From the IMG/VR virus record IMGVR_UViG_3300025407_000887: DNA of 64,000 bases. One strand, 5' to 3'. This document shows positions 1-22,527 of the stretch, one piece after another. The notes beneath the pieces were generated by a model. The model searched no databases. It was not told where the DNA came from and was given only the letters and a program-made list of their open reading frames with translations. Positions within the stretch are counted from its first letter, which is position 1. Each line of letters opens with the position of its first letter. The DNA comes from an uncultured virus (IMG/VR IMGVR_UViG_3300025407_000887) (lineage: Duplodnaviria > Heunggongvirae > Uroviricota > Caudoviricetes). The position numbers and the translations under genes were made by a program.

Positions 1-134
1 GCTGGAATAGACTCTAGCATTGCACGAGTAATATCGTCAGCTACCGGTTTAGTTGGTGTTTCTAATTTATAAGGTACTTCAGTTTCTACTTTTTTTGGTT
101 TTAAAGCAAAAATCTTTTTGATAAATTCTCTCAT
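1..134 (-). CDS. Hypothetical protein, runs off the window edge (MREFIKKIFALKPKKVETEVPYK...)
   Basis: ATG at 134-132 on minus strand, AGGAG SD (complement of 141-145), TAAATA boxes at 152-161, frame open to position 1; not in the ORF track. Confidence 0.7.
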   Translation of the reverse strand, partial: MREFIKKIFALKPKKVETEVPYKLETPTKPVADDITRAMLESIP

Positions 135-173
135 AATAATCTCCTGTTGATTATTTATTTACTATATAACAAT

Positions 174-1079
174 ATGCAAAAACTTCCCCTTGTTACTGTG
201 ACTTGTGCTAGAGACTTAGCATTGCTCGAATTACAAGCACAAAGTATCTACAAGCATTTAACACCAGGACATGATGTTTATATAGTAGTAAACGAAGCAG
301 ATCCTAGTGAATGGCAATCGATATTTGACGAAAAGATTAAACACTACTATACTCATCAATACCTACATACTTACTATAGGCATGAATTCGATGCACCGTG
401 GGCCAGTTGGCGCCCAGGAATGACTAATCAATGGTCAAGCGGTTGGGAAACACAACAAATTCTAAAATTAGCTATCGCAAAACAAATAGCTAACCCAGGA
501 TATTTTGTCTTAGATACGCAAAATTTTTTAATCCATCCGTGGTCTTGCTCCATAGAAAATGAAAAACTTCCTTATAGAAGTGGCAAATTTGTCATGCCTA
601 TCGAAACCTGGGATGCTTACGCAACAGCATTAGATACCGATATCGGATATCCAACCGACGATACGCTGTCTATATGTACTCCAATTTTTTTAAACACACA
701 TTTGGTATTGTCTTTAATAGAATATTTTAAAGGTCTTGCAGAATTTTCAAAATGGTTTAAATCTACCCGTAATAAAAGCGAATTTATTCTATATCTATTG
801 TGGGCAGAAAAAAATGGCGGACTAGATAAATTTCATTATAAAGTCAATGACTGGGGTAATCCTATGCTCAGGGATGGTCCAAACTTTGACGCAGATTTTG
901 AATATTTCGTTGGGTTTATTGGACAGCATAAACCGCACGTATGGGTTAGTGCTAATCACAGGAGCTGGGGAGATATGAATGATTTTCAATATCATGCAGT
1001 ATGTTCTAAACTTAAAGAATACGGATTAGAGCCTAACTTTGCAGAATACAGAAAAGATTACTTAACAAAATACAGATAA
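174..1079 (+). CDS. DUF6492-like / glycosyltransferase-like protein
   Basis: GWETQQILKLAIA motif followed by YFVLDTQN; ATG at 174 preferred over TTG at 147. Confidence 0.5.
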   Translation: MQKLPLVTVTCARDLALLELQAQSIYKHLTPGHDVYIVVNEADPSEWQSIFDEKIKHYYTHQYLHTYYRHEFDAPWASWRPGMTNQWSSGWETQQILKLAIAKQIANPGYFVLDTQNFLIHPWSCSIENEKLPYRSGKFVMPIETWDAYATALDTDIGYPTDDTLSICTPIFLNTHLVLSLIEYFKGLAEFSKWFKSTRNKSEFILYLLWAEKNGGLDKFHYKVNDWGNPMLRDGPNFDADFEYFVGFIGQHKPHVWVSANHRSWGDMNDFQYHAVCSKLKEYGLEPNFAEYRKDYLTKYR

Positions 1080-1082
1080 ATA
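1076..1082 (+). promoter_or_regulatory. T4-like late promoter box (representative; also at 1651, 1972, 3119, 17576, 22487, 27551, 30275, 35257, 38633, 40854 on + and 152-161, 3089, 27499 on -)
   Basis: (A/C/G)TAAATA recurs just upstream of structural/late genes and resembles the T4 gp55 TATAAATA consensus. Confidence 0.7.
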
Positions 1083-1086
1083 TACC

Positions 1087-1644
1087 ATGTACAATTTTAT
1101 CAAGCATATTACTTTAAATGAAGGTCATACTCCTAAAACTCTAGTTCAAACTAAGTTACCCTATGCCAAGGATGATTTAGAGCCCAGTATAAGCGAAGAT
1201 ACTATTAACTATCATTATGGAAAATTGTACAAAGCCTATGTTACACGATTTAACGATGGTGAAGGCGATCCAGATTTTAATGAAGCAGGTGCTTTTTTAC
1301 ACGATATATACTTTACACAATTTCAAAGACCTACCCGATCCAACAACCCCGATGGATCTGCGGGTGAGTTTATTACCAAACATTTCAAAACATTTGATAA
1401 ATTTACCGATGCTTTTGAAAAAGAAGCTATGAAAATACAAGGTAGTGGATGGGTATATCTAGCCCGTGATGGCAAGATTAAAACAATTAAAAATCACGAA
1501 ATTAAGATGGACATTATACTGTTGGTTGATTGGTGGGAACACTCATTTCAATTTGATTACGGAAGTGACAAAAAATCATATCTCAATAACCAGTGGAAAA
1601 TTATGAACTGGAATATTATCTCAAGTAGGATTGGTTTGGCCTAG
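1087..1644 (+). CDS. sod: Fe/Mn superoxide dismutase
   Basis: LPYAKDDLEP, TINYHYGK, FLHDIYF, QGSGWVYL and DWWEH motifs; the four metal ligands (H,H,D,H) are present. Confidence 0.9.
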   Translation: MYNFIKHITLNEGHTPKTLVQTKLPYAKDDLEPSISEDTINYHYGKLYKAYVTRFNDGEGDPDFNEAGAFLHDIYFTQFQRPTRSNNPDGSAGEFITKHFKTFDKFTDAFEKEAMKIQGSGWVYLARDGKIKTIKNHEIKMDIILLVDWWEHSFQFDYGSDKKSYLNNQWKIMNWNIISSRIGLA

Positions 1645-1663
1645 GGTAGAATAAATATACGAT

Positions 1664-1951
1664 ATGAAAACTATTAGAGATTACGTTAGATTAATTGAAA
1701 ATATAGAAGCAGAAGGTTTCACTCAAGCCCATGCGGACGCAAACCGCCTTAAGCTTCAACAAGAAAAAGAAAGACAAGAACAGCACAGACAAGAAAAAAC
1801 TCTAGCTAGATTTTCTTTACCTTTTAGGCCTGCTAATGCGTTTGTAGTAGACGGACAAGGAAACAAAGTAGTACAATGTATCAATTCTGAAGATGCTGTT
1901 GAAGTATGTTTAGCATTAAACACAAAATTTGCTCACGGTTTTAAACGTTAG
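1664..1951 (+). CDS. Hypothetical late protein, probable internal head protein
   Basis: ATAAATA at 1651-1657; N-terminus MKTIRDYVRLIENIEAE. Confidence 0.55.
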   Translation: MKTIRDYVRLIENIEAEGFTQAHADANRLKLQQEKERQEQHRQEKTLARFSLPFRPANAFVVDGQGNKVVQCINSEDAVEVCLALNTKFAHGFKR

Positions 1952-1986
1952 CTCTAGAGTTGGTCTAGAAAATAAATAATATTACT

Positions 1987-2799
1987 ATGAAAATCTGGGA
2001 ACTGTTAGACGAGGGTGTAAACGATCAATTCTTATATCACGGAGTGCCAGACGGTCCTACTATGATGAAGATATTAAAAAGTGGTGCTTTAAAACCTCAA
2101 GAGCCCTTTGACTTTGATCAAGACATGGATCAAGAAAATGGTGAAGAATCTATTCCACGCATAAGTCTAACTCGTAATCAATACTTGCATTTTCCCTACG
2201 GGCATGGTGTGGCTCAATTTGTTATAGATAAAAATGCTTTACGTAAGCACGGCTACAAAGTAGTACCTAAGGTAGGTGCTATGATGCATTACAAATACGA
2301 AACTGAAGAACAGGTATATAAACCTATACCTATTCAGGCTCCATTTATAGTTGAAATACAATACGATCCTGACTTAAAAATCCCCAGAGGTTTTTTTGAT
2401 CACGCTAAAACAATGGGTGTTAAAATTTCTCCGTGGCGCAAGGAAGGGCAAAATCCCCTAGCTAAACCGCCTGCTGATACTGGACCCCAACCGCAGAACG
2501 ATTATACAGATCCGTCAAAATTAAAAATACACAATAATGGATATACCAGTGGTAATCCTCCAAAGAAAACCGAACCCACTGAGTGGTATGTAGGTTATAA
2601 TCGACCAGGTGGATTTATTGATATGATAGGCCAGCGAAGTAAAGATAAATCATATATACAAAAACTTTACCCGCAACTCAAAGATAGAGTTGCTAAGAAA
2701 TTAGATTTTTCTGGATTACTCCCAGCTGATCAATATAGAAAAGAATGGAAACGTGGATACAGTCAAGTACATCCAGGCGACAAGGATTGGCAAAGCTAA
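1987..2799 (+). CDS. Putative ADP-ribosyltransferase-fold protein, probably virion-packaged
   Basis: LYHG ... ISLTRN ... YETEE arrangement (H / S-x-T / E-x-E); N-terminus MKIWELLDEG; late box at 1972-1978. Confidence 0.45.
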   Translation: MKIWELLDEGVNDQFLYHGVPDGPTMMKILKSGALKPQEPFDFDQDMDQENGEESIPRISLTRNQYLHFPYGHGVAQFVIDKNALRKHGYKVVPKVGAMMHYKYETEEQVYKPIPIQAPFIVEIQYDPDLKIPRGFFDHAKTMGVKISPWRKEGQNPLAKPPADTGPQPQNDYTDPSKLKIHNNGYTSGNPPKKTEPTEWYVGYNRPGGFIDMIGQRSKDKSYIQKLYPQLKDRVAKKLDFSGLLPADQYRKEWKRGYSQVHPGDKDWQS

Positions 2800-3083
2800 A
2801 ATTGGCCTAGCGTCTTAAGGCTACTTACTGGCATGTCCCATACTTTGCGAGCTTCAACACCCTTTGATTGAGCAAATTTCTTAGCGTCGCAACAGCCACA
2901 TACATGATAATAATTGTTGTTTAATCGCTTAGGATCCATGCTTCCTTTGTCTCGATTAAACACTTCGTGACAAGCATCGCACCTAAACACTACTACACGT
3001 TTTTTGCGGTTATAAGTATGCACAGTACCTCTTTTACCGGTACGTACATAGAAGTTTTCACGAAATTCAGTTCCGATATACAT
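2796..3083 (-). CDS. Small basic Zn-ribbon-like protein
   Basis: CDAC and CGCC cysteine pairs; minus-strand GTAAATA box 5 nt before the ATG. Confidence 0.6.
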   Translation of the reverse strand: MYIGTEFRENFYVRTGKRGTVHTYNRKKRVVVFRCDACHEVFNRDKGSMDPKRLNNNYYHVCGCCDAKKFAQSKGVEARKVWDMPVSSLKTLGQF

Positions 3084-3142
3084 ACTCTTATTTACATTAA
3101 GGTTATAAAAAGCCTTTGATAAATATCATATCGAGGGCTATT

Positions 3143-15971
<12,829 letters not shown>

Positions 15972-15972
<1 letters not shown>

Positions 15973-16349
15973 TGACACAACAAATAATCAATTTAGGAAA
16001 TACAGCCAACGATGGTACTGGAGATCCTCTACGAACAGCATTTACAAAAATAAATGCAAACTTTACCGATCTCTATTCTAACATACATTCAACTCAAATA
16101 GTTACTACTAGTTCTTATACCGCAACTAGTTCTGATTATTACATTGGAGTTAATTATGCTGGGCCAGTAACTATTACTTTACCCAGCGTGAGCAATGGAT
16201 TTCAATTGGTGATTAAAGACGAAAGCGGACGATCTTCAACTAATCCAATTACAATCGTAGGCACTATAGACAACAACACAAACATAATACTGGCAGCTAA
16301 TAACGGAGCTTTGACTCTAATATACAGATCAGGATGGAGATTAATCTAA
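15972..16349 (+). CDS. Short baseplate/tail-fibre protein
   Basis: NDGTGDPLRTAFTKINANF N-terminal motif; TITLP...VIKDESG fibre-tip-like segment. Confidence 0.7.
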
Positions 16350-17555
16350 ATGACATACATAATAAACAATGCATTAGCCAATGCACAAATTAACAGTCAC
16401 AACAGACTACGTATTACCGATTATCAATCTATTTGGTTCAATACATTTCAGTTTAGTAAAGAAACAGACAACTGGGACGAAGCTACAGTTACTGGCGGCA
16501 GTGCTACATGGAACAGCGCCAACAGTGGAGTGGATATGGCCACAACTACAGCCAGTGGTGCTAGTATTATTAGACAAACACAAAGGGTTATCCCTTACAT
16601 TCCGGGTCGCCCTGCACAGCTTAATCAGCAGATCAAGTTTTCAACCCCAATTGCCAACTTGACTCAGCGTGTTGGCTTGTTCGATGAAAATAACGGATTT
16701 TTCTTTGAACTAGTAGGCGCCAGCACATTCAATTTTGTAATTAGAACCAGCACCAGCGGCTCAATGCAAGAAACAAGGATAGCCAGATCCAGCTGGAACG
16801 GCGACAAGTTAGATGGCACAGGTGCCAGTGGTATCACTCTTGACTTAACTAAACAACAACTGATCAGTTTCGATTACGAATGGTATGGTGTCGGTGCTGT
16901 TACACTAGGGTTTATTGTCAACGGTTCTATCATAAACTGTCATACTTATTATACTGCCAACATACAAACTACTGTTTGGTGTAGCACTCCTTTCCTTCCT
17001 ATTAGATTAGAACTATTCAATACAGGTACAACCGCAAGTTCAAGCACAATGCGTCAAGGATCAAACAGCGTTACTTGTGACGGACCATTTAGCCCTAACC
17101 TAGGTGCCAGCAACAGTTTCGCTACATCTACGCCTATTACATTATCGCTTGGTACATACCTACCTATTATCAGTGTTAGACTGCAAAGTACAGCACTCAA
17201 CGGTGTTTTGAGACCTACCTATCTAACCACAGGTGCTACTACTGCCGCAGGTGCAGTCGTAGTGTGTGCATACAGAATTATTAAAAATGGTACGCTAACA
17301 GGTCCTTCTTGGAACAATAGTGTAAACACAGGTAGCTTTGCACAAACGGACAGTGCTTCTACGGCTATAAGTGGCGGAACAATTATCAAACAGGCAATCG
17401 CGCCAGGCACGGCTGAAGATATCAGTAATATTGCTTTCCAACTAGGTCGTCAAAGTCTAGGAACTGTTAGCGATACTTATACTATCGCTATCGCACAATT
17501 ATCAACAGGTACACAATACGGTCAAGCCAGTATGCAGTGGATTGAAAGCAGATAA
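16350..17555 (+). CDS. Virion structural protein (beta-sandwich/lectin-like)
   Basis: Within tail module; YIPGR, WNGDKLDGTG and EWYGVG motifs resemble phage structural proteins. Confidence 0.55.
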   Translation: MTYIINNALANAQINSHNRLRITDYQSIWFNTFQFSKETDNWDEATVTGGSATWNSANSGVDMATTTASGASIIRQTQRVIPYIPGRPAQLNQQIKFSTPIANLTQRVGLFDENNGFFFELVGASTFNFVIRTSTSGSMQETRIARSSWNGDKLDGTGASGITLDLTKQQLISFDYEWYGVGAVTLGFIVNGSIINCHTYYTANIQTTVWCSTPFLPIRLELFNTGTTASSSTMRQGSNSVTCDGPFSPNLGASNSFATSTPITLSLGTYLPIISVRLQSTALNGVLRPTYLTTGATTAAGAVVVCAYRIIKNGTLTGPSWNNSVNTGSFAQTDSASTAISGGTIIKQAIAPGTAEDISNIAFQLGRQSLGTVSDTYTIAIAQLSTGTQYGQASMQWIESR

Positions 17556-17601
17556 TATACAGTAGTCTAATACGGTAAATATATAAAAGAGAGCGGCAAA
17601 T

Positions 17602-19734
17602 ATGACAACATTACAACTAATCAACACTGGAACCTATGCAAATGACGGTACAGGTGACGATTTATTAACCGCGTTTAACAAAGTTAATGCAAATTTTACA
17701 CTATTACAAACAGATTCAGGTGTTGCTGGTGCGGCTAATCTTGGTACAGGTGTTGGCATCTGGGCTGACAAAAACTTACTAAATTTAGAATTTAAAAGTT
17801 TAACCAGTACCGGTGGTAGTGTTGGAATTACTAGTACTGCTACTACAGTTAATTTAGAATCAACTACTAAATTAGTAAATGATACTTCACCTATTGCAGG
17901 TGGTAATATTAATTTAAATAGTTATAATATCTCTAACGGTGATGCTCAAACTACAATCTACGGTTATGATCCTCGTGTAGATAGTGTATTACTTGAATTA
18001 CTAATGGACACAAACAACTTAACCGTTGACATGGGTTCTTTTAGTGCTCCTACTGGATACGAAACTAACCCAGTAACACAACGTACAAGTGGTGGTAGCG
18101 GTGGTTACAAATGGGACTTTGGTGCTAATTTCACTTCAATAAACAATAAAATTAATTTTGGAAACTATACAGCAGGAGATCCTATTCAAGATGCCAAGGA
18201 TCATCAAGTAACATTAACTGGAAATCTTAGCCTAGCTGGTAGTCATAATTTAACTTTAACTGTCACAGCTAATACACAACTAACTTTACCCACTAGTGGT
18301 ACATTGGCATCAACTGCTAGTAACTTAGGGCAGTTTGCTACTACGACCAGTACTGGATTATTTAATGTAATGGCAGATCCAACTGGGTCAGGTGGTAGTC
18401 TTGTATTTGCATCTAGTCCTACAATTACTTCTCCAACTATTGCTGGACATGCAACTATCGAAGGAGTAACTTCAACAGGTGCAACAGGCACAGGTAATTT
18501 TGTATTTTCTTCAAGCCCAACATTATATAGTGCAAGTTTAACAGGTACTCCAGTTATAGGAGGTACAAGCGTTACAGGTTCGACTGGTACAGGTAATATT
18601 GTATTTGCAACTAGTCCAAGTTTTACGACTCCAAATATCGATGGTGCTACTGCTACTAGTATTACTGCGGCTAATAGTACTTTTAATTTTGTTACTACAG
18701 CAACTACTATTAATATTGGTGCAAGTACAGGCACTACTACAGTTAATAATAATTTGACCGTTACAGGAAACTTAACTGTTAACGGAACTACAACAAGTGT
18801 CAATACTGAAACAGGTACTGCTATATCGGCGTCAGCTGGATTTGTATCAACTGGAACTTTTACTAGTTCATATACTGGTGGTATCATTGTTGATTATGTT
18901 TCAGGTTCAAGCCTGGGCCGTATAAGTGTTGGCAGCGGCGCTGGCATAACATTCTATAATAATGCTAACAATACCAGGGTAGCTCTATTGGCCATAGACC
19001 AATATGGTAACACGACTCCATCTGGTGCTATATTGTTCAGTTCAGCTACTATAGTGGCGGCTGGATCTAATCAAGGTACTGCTACAGCAATTACGGCAGA
19101 TAACACTTATATATCAAGTGGGACAGGCGGAGTAGTTTTACCTACTGCCATAGTTGGTAGAGAAATTTCAATTACAAATAACACAGCTAGTGCTATCAAT
19201 GTTTATCCAGGAAGTGGAGCAAGTATTGAAAATAGTTCAGTTAACATACCTACATCATTACCTGCATACGCTACACTAGGCCTTGCCGCAAAAAGTACTA
19301 CTAATTGGTGGGCAATACAACCAGTTTATAATAGCGGAACAAATATAAGTGTTACGCAAAGTGCTAACGGTTCTGTAACTTGGAATACTGTTGCAAGTCC
19401 AACATTTACTAATATTACACAAACTGGTTTAGAAATTACTCCAGCAAATTACATCACAGTTAATTCTAGTACAACTTACGCATTGAGCACCACAGTTACT
19501 GATAATATTTTAATAATTGGTGCATCTGGATTAACTGCAACTGTAACTTTCCCAAGTTCAGGTTTAATCGATGGACAACGTTTGCGTATAGCAGTGCAAG
19601 GAACTTATAGTGTAACACTAGCAGTTACCGCAGGACCTACATTAATTGGATCGGCGGCTGGTACTGTTAACCAATCTACATCAATTATCTACATTTATAG
19701 AGCAAGCAATACCTCATGGTACAGAATACAATAA
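17602..19734 (+). CDS. Tail fibre / baseplate-attached protein
   Basis: NDGTGDDLLTAFNKVNANF N-terminus; three TG(S/T)G..VF(A/S)(S/T)SP repeats; late box at 17576-17581. Confidence 0.75.
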   Translation: MTTLQLINTGTYANDGTGDDLLTAFNKVNANFTLLQTDSGVAGAANLGTGVGIWADKNLLNLEFKSLTSTGGSVGITSTATTVNLESTTKLVNDTSPIAGGNINLNSYNISNGDAQTTIYGYDPRVDSVLLELLMDTNNLTVDMGSFSAPTGYETNPVTQRTSGGSGGYKWDFGANFTSINNKINFGNYTAGDPIQDAKDHQVTLTGNLSLAGSHNLTLTVTANTQLTLPTSGTLASTASNLGQFATTTSTGLFNVMADPTGSGGSLVFASSPTITSPTIAGHATIEGVTSTGATGTGNFVFSSSPTLYSASLTGTPVIGGTSVTGSTGTGNIVFATSPSFTTPNIDGATATSITAANSTFNFVTTATTINIGASTGTTTVNNNLTVTGNLTVNGTTTSVNTETGTAISASAGFVSTGTFTSSYTGGIIVDYVSGSSLGRISVGSGAGITFYNNANNTRVALLAIDQYGNTTPSGAILFSSATIVAAGSNQGTATAITADNTYISSGTGGVVLPTAIVGREISITNNTASAINVYPGSGASIENSSVNIPTSLPAYATLGLAAKSTTNWWAIQPVYNSGTNISVTQSANGSVTWNTVASPTFTNITQTGLEITPANYITVNSSTTYALSTTVTDNILIIGASGLTATVTFPSSGLIDGQRLRIAVQGTYSVTLAVTAGPTLIGSAAGTVNQSTSIIYIYRASNTSWYRIQ

Positions 19735-19746
19735 CTGGAGTAATTG

Positions 19747-22527
19747 ATGTTAAACATCTGGACTAAACCTTCAGGATATACTTTTACAAATAGTGGTCAA
19801 CCATTTCAAGAACAAGTTTCTTTAAATGTAGCATTGCCCGTTAGCTCAACCACAGGTATAACATTTACCATAATTTCGGGAAGTTTACCAGGCGGTGTTT
19901 CTATTATCGGTAGTTCATTAGTAGGAAATCCTTACATTGTTAATTCTGCAACAACATATACTTTTTGTATAAGAGCTAGTAGCAGTAACGGTATTGCAGA
20001 TAGAACTTTTAACATGATAGTTAACGGTGCTAATCCTCCTGAATTTGTAACACCTGCTGGAGAATTACCAGTAGGTCCTAGACAACAATTATATGCATTA
20101 GACGGCACGTATGTAAATTATCAGATAGAAGCATTTGATCTTAATACATCAATTGGTGGTAGTTTAAAATATTTTATAGCAACAGGAGATGGATCACTTC
20201 CACCGGGGCTTACTCTTAGCAACGATGGTGTAATAAGTGGATATATTAAACCTCAAGAAATATTAACACCTGCCGCTGGTACTGGCGAGTTTGATCAAGC
20301 AGATTTTGATATCGGTGCTTATGATTTTGCATTAATACCCACTGACGGTTTTGACAGTTATCAATTTGACGATGTATTTTTTGATTATAATTTACCAAGC
20401 GTATTACCTAAAAGTTTAAATGCCAATTATCAATTTAGAGTCACAGCTACCGATGGTATCAACTATGCTCAAAGAATTTTTAATATTTTTGTCGTGGGCG
20501 ATGATCAATTTCGTGCAGACAGTACAAGTACTAATAGGTTTTCAGACGGATTCACCGCAGACTCGACTTTTTTAAGAACACCTGTTTGGTTAAGTAATAC
20601 TAGTTTAGGTATTTTTAGAGCTAATAATTATCTCACAGTTCCTGTATTATTATATGATAACACTGATATTATATTTCGATTAGAAACAACTAATTGCGAA
20701 GTATACGCAGTAAGTAAACAAATTCTAATCAGTGATAACGCCTTAAATAGTTATTTTGTCACTGTGACAAATTTATCAAGTGTTCCTGTAATTGGACAAT
20801 ATTTTACATTAGACAACTATCTCAATGGTGCTACTAGTCAAACTTATCAAATTTCTGCCGTCAATCAAGTAACTGCTCCTATTACTGGAACATTGACTAA
20901 TGGTAGCAAAATAATAACTGGCATCAACTATGCGTTTATTAATGAATTGACTATTGGTGCAACTATTGACGGCGGCGGTATTCCTGTTAATAGTACCATT
21001 GTTCAAATTGCTGTAAACAGTAATGTTAGTCCAAATACTATTACAGTTACAATGAATAATAATGCAACTGTTTCTACCACTGCCAGTATTAATGTCGGCA
21101 TTGCAGGTTATTATCGTTTAACAATAACAACTCCATTGGCTATAGCCATACCAAATTTTACAGCATTTTATATTGGATCACTAAGTCAATTACCTAAGGG
21201 TACACAATTTGATGTTGAAACAGGAGAGATATACGGTCGCGTTCCATATCAACCTGCTATCACCGAAACTTATGCTTTTACTATAACAGCTACTAGATTT
21301 AGTGCCAATATAGTTGATCAAGTTATTAACCACAAAACTTTTAATATTACAATTTTAGGTAGTATTAATCGTCAAATAACCTGGACTAGTCCAAGTAATT
21401 TAGGAACTATACCTGCAAACTATGTATCTACATTGCGTGTAAGTGCAACAACCAATATTCCTAACGATACATTATTATACACACTGACTGGCGGAAGTTT
21501 ACCTCCAGGACTAACTTTGACACTAGATGGTGAAATTGTAGGAATTCCTAATCAATATTATAATTCTACTACAGGCCAATTAGGTTTAACTACGTTCGAC
21601 GGCGGATTGACTACATTTGATTTCAAAGAAACAACAAGCGATTTAACATATAATTTTACAGTGACCGTTAGCGATCAGTATGAATATAGTGCATTACCTC
21701 AAACATTTACTATAACATTGAGTGCTCCTAATAGTGTTCCTTACAGTAATATTACTTGCCAACCTTTCTTGGCACCCGCACAACGAAGTGTATGGAAGGC
21801 ATTTATTAATAATCCTACAATTTTTATACCTAGTGATATCTATCGAATCAATGATCCTAATTTTGGAATACAAAGCAACTTAAACATGTTAGTTTATGCA
21901 GGTATTCAAACAGAGGTAGCCGGTGCGTATGTAGGTGCCATAGGACTAGGATTCAAACGTAAACAATTTAAATTTGGTAGTTTAAAAACTGCCATTGCTA
22001 CTGATCCTATTACTAATGAAACTGTATATGAAGTAGTTTATGTGCAGATGATTGATCCAAGAGAATCAAATGGAAATCACTTACCTCTAAATTTCAAGAC
22101 TACCAGTTTAGAACCTAATGTTATAACTGTAGACGAAAGCATAATAAATGCTAAACCTTTATACAATATAACTGTAGATAGTAAAGGATATTTGGTAAGT
22201 AATCCAAATACTGACGAATATTACCCAAACAGTATCACTAATTGGCAAACTAGATTGAGCGGAGTGGGCCTAACTGAACGTAATTATTTGCCGCTATGGA
22301 TGCGTAGTATTCCGTTAGGGCAAAAAGCTCAACTAGGATATGTGTTATGTGTACCACTTTGCTTCTGTAAGCCTGGAACTAGTAACGACATACTTTTAAA
22401 TATTGAACACAGTGGGTTCAATTTTAACACAATAGATTATACCGTAGACAGATTCATCATCTCTGCTGTCACCGGTTACGCAAGCGATAAATACCTTGTA
22501 TTCAGAAACGATAGGATAACCGTATGA
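19747..22527 (+). CDS. Baseplate wedge-like protein with Ig-like (He_PIG-type) repeats
   Basis: Repeated GSLP(P/G)G(L/V)(T/S)(L/I) Ig-type motif; GGAG SD at 19737-19740. Confidence 0.65.
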   Translation: MLNIWTKPSGYTFTNSGQPFQEQVSLNVALPVSSTTGITFTIISGSLPGGVSIIGSSLVGNPYIVNSATTYTFCIRASSSNGIADRTFNMIVNGANPPEFVTPAGELPVGPRQQLYALDGTYVNYQIEAFDLNTSIGGSLKYFIATGDGSLPPGLTLSNDGVISGYIKPQEILTPAAGTGEFDQADFDIGAYDFALIPTDGFDSYQFDDVFFDYNLPSVLPKSLNANYQFRVTATDGINYAQRIFNIFVVGDDQFRADSTSTNRFSDGFTADSTFLRTPVWLSNTSLGIFRANNYLTVPVLLYDNTDIIFRLETTNCEVYAVSKQILISDNALNSYFVTVTNLSSVPVIGQYFTLDNYLNGATSQTYQISAVNQVTAPITGTLTNGSKIITGINYAFINELTIGATIDGGGIPVNSTIVQIAVNSNVSPNTITVTMNNNATVSTTASINVGIAGYYRLTITTPLAIAIPNFTAFYIGSLSQLPKGTQFDVETGEIYGRVPYQPAITETYAFTITATRFSANIVDQVINHKTFNITILGSINRQITWTSPSNLGTIPANYVSTLRVSATTNIPNDTLLYTLTGGSLPPGLTLTLDGEIVGIPNQYYNSTTGQLGLTTFDGGLTTFDFKETTSDLTYNFTVTVSDQYEYSALPQTFTITLSAPNSVPYSNITCQPFLAPAQRSVWKAFINNPTIFIPSDIYRINDPNFGIQSNLNMLVYAGIQTEVAGAYVGAIGLGFKRKQFKFGSLKTAIATDPITNETVYEVVYVQMIDPRESNGNHLPLNFKTTSLEPNVITVDESIINAKPLYNITVDSKGYLVSNPNTDEYYPNSITNWQTRLSGVGLTERNYLPLWMRSIPLGQKAQLGYVLCVPLCFCKPGTSNDILLNIEHSGFNFNTIDYTVDRFIISAVTGYASDKYLVFRNDRITV

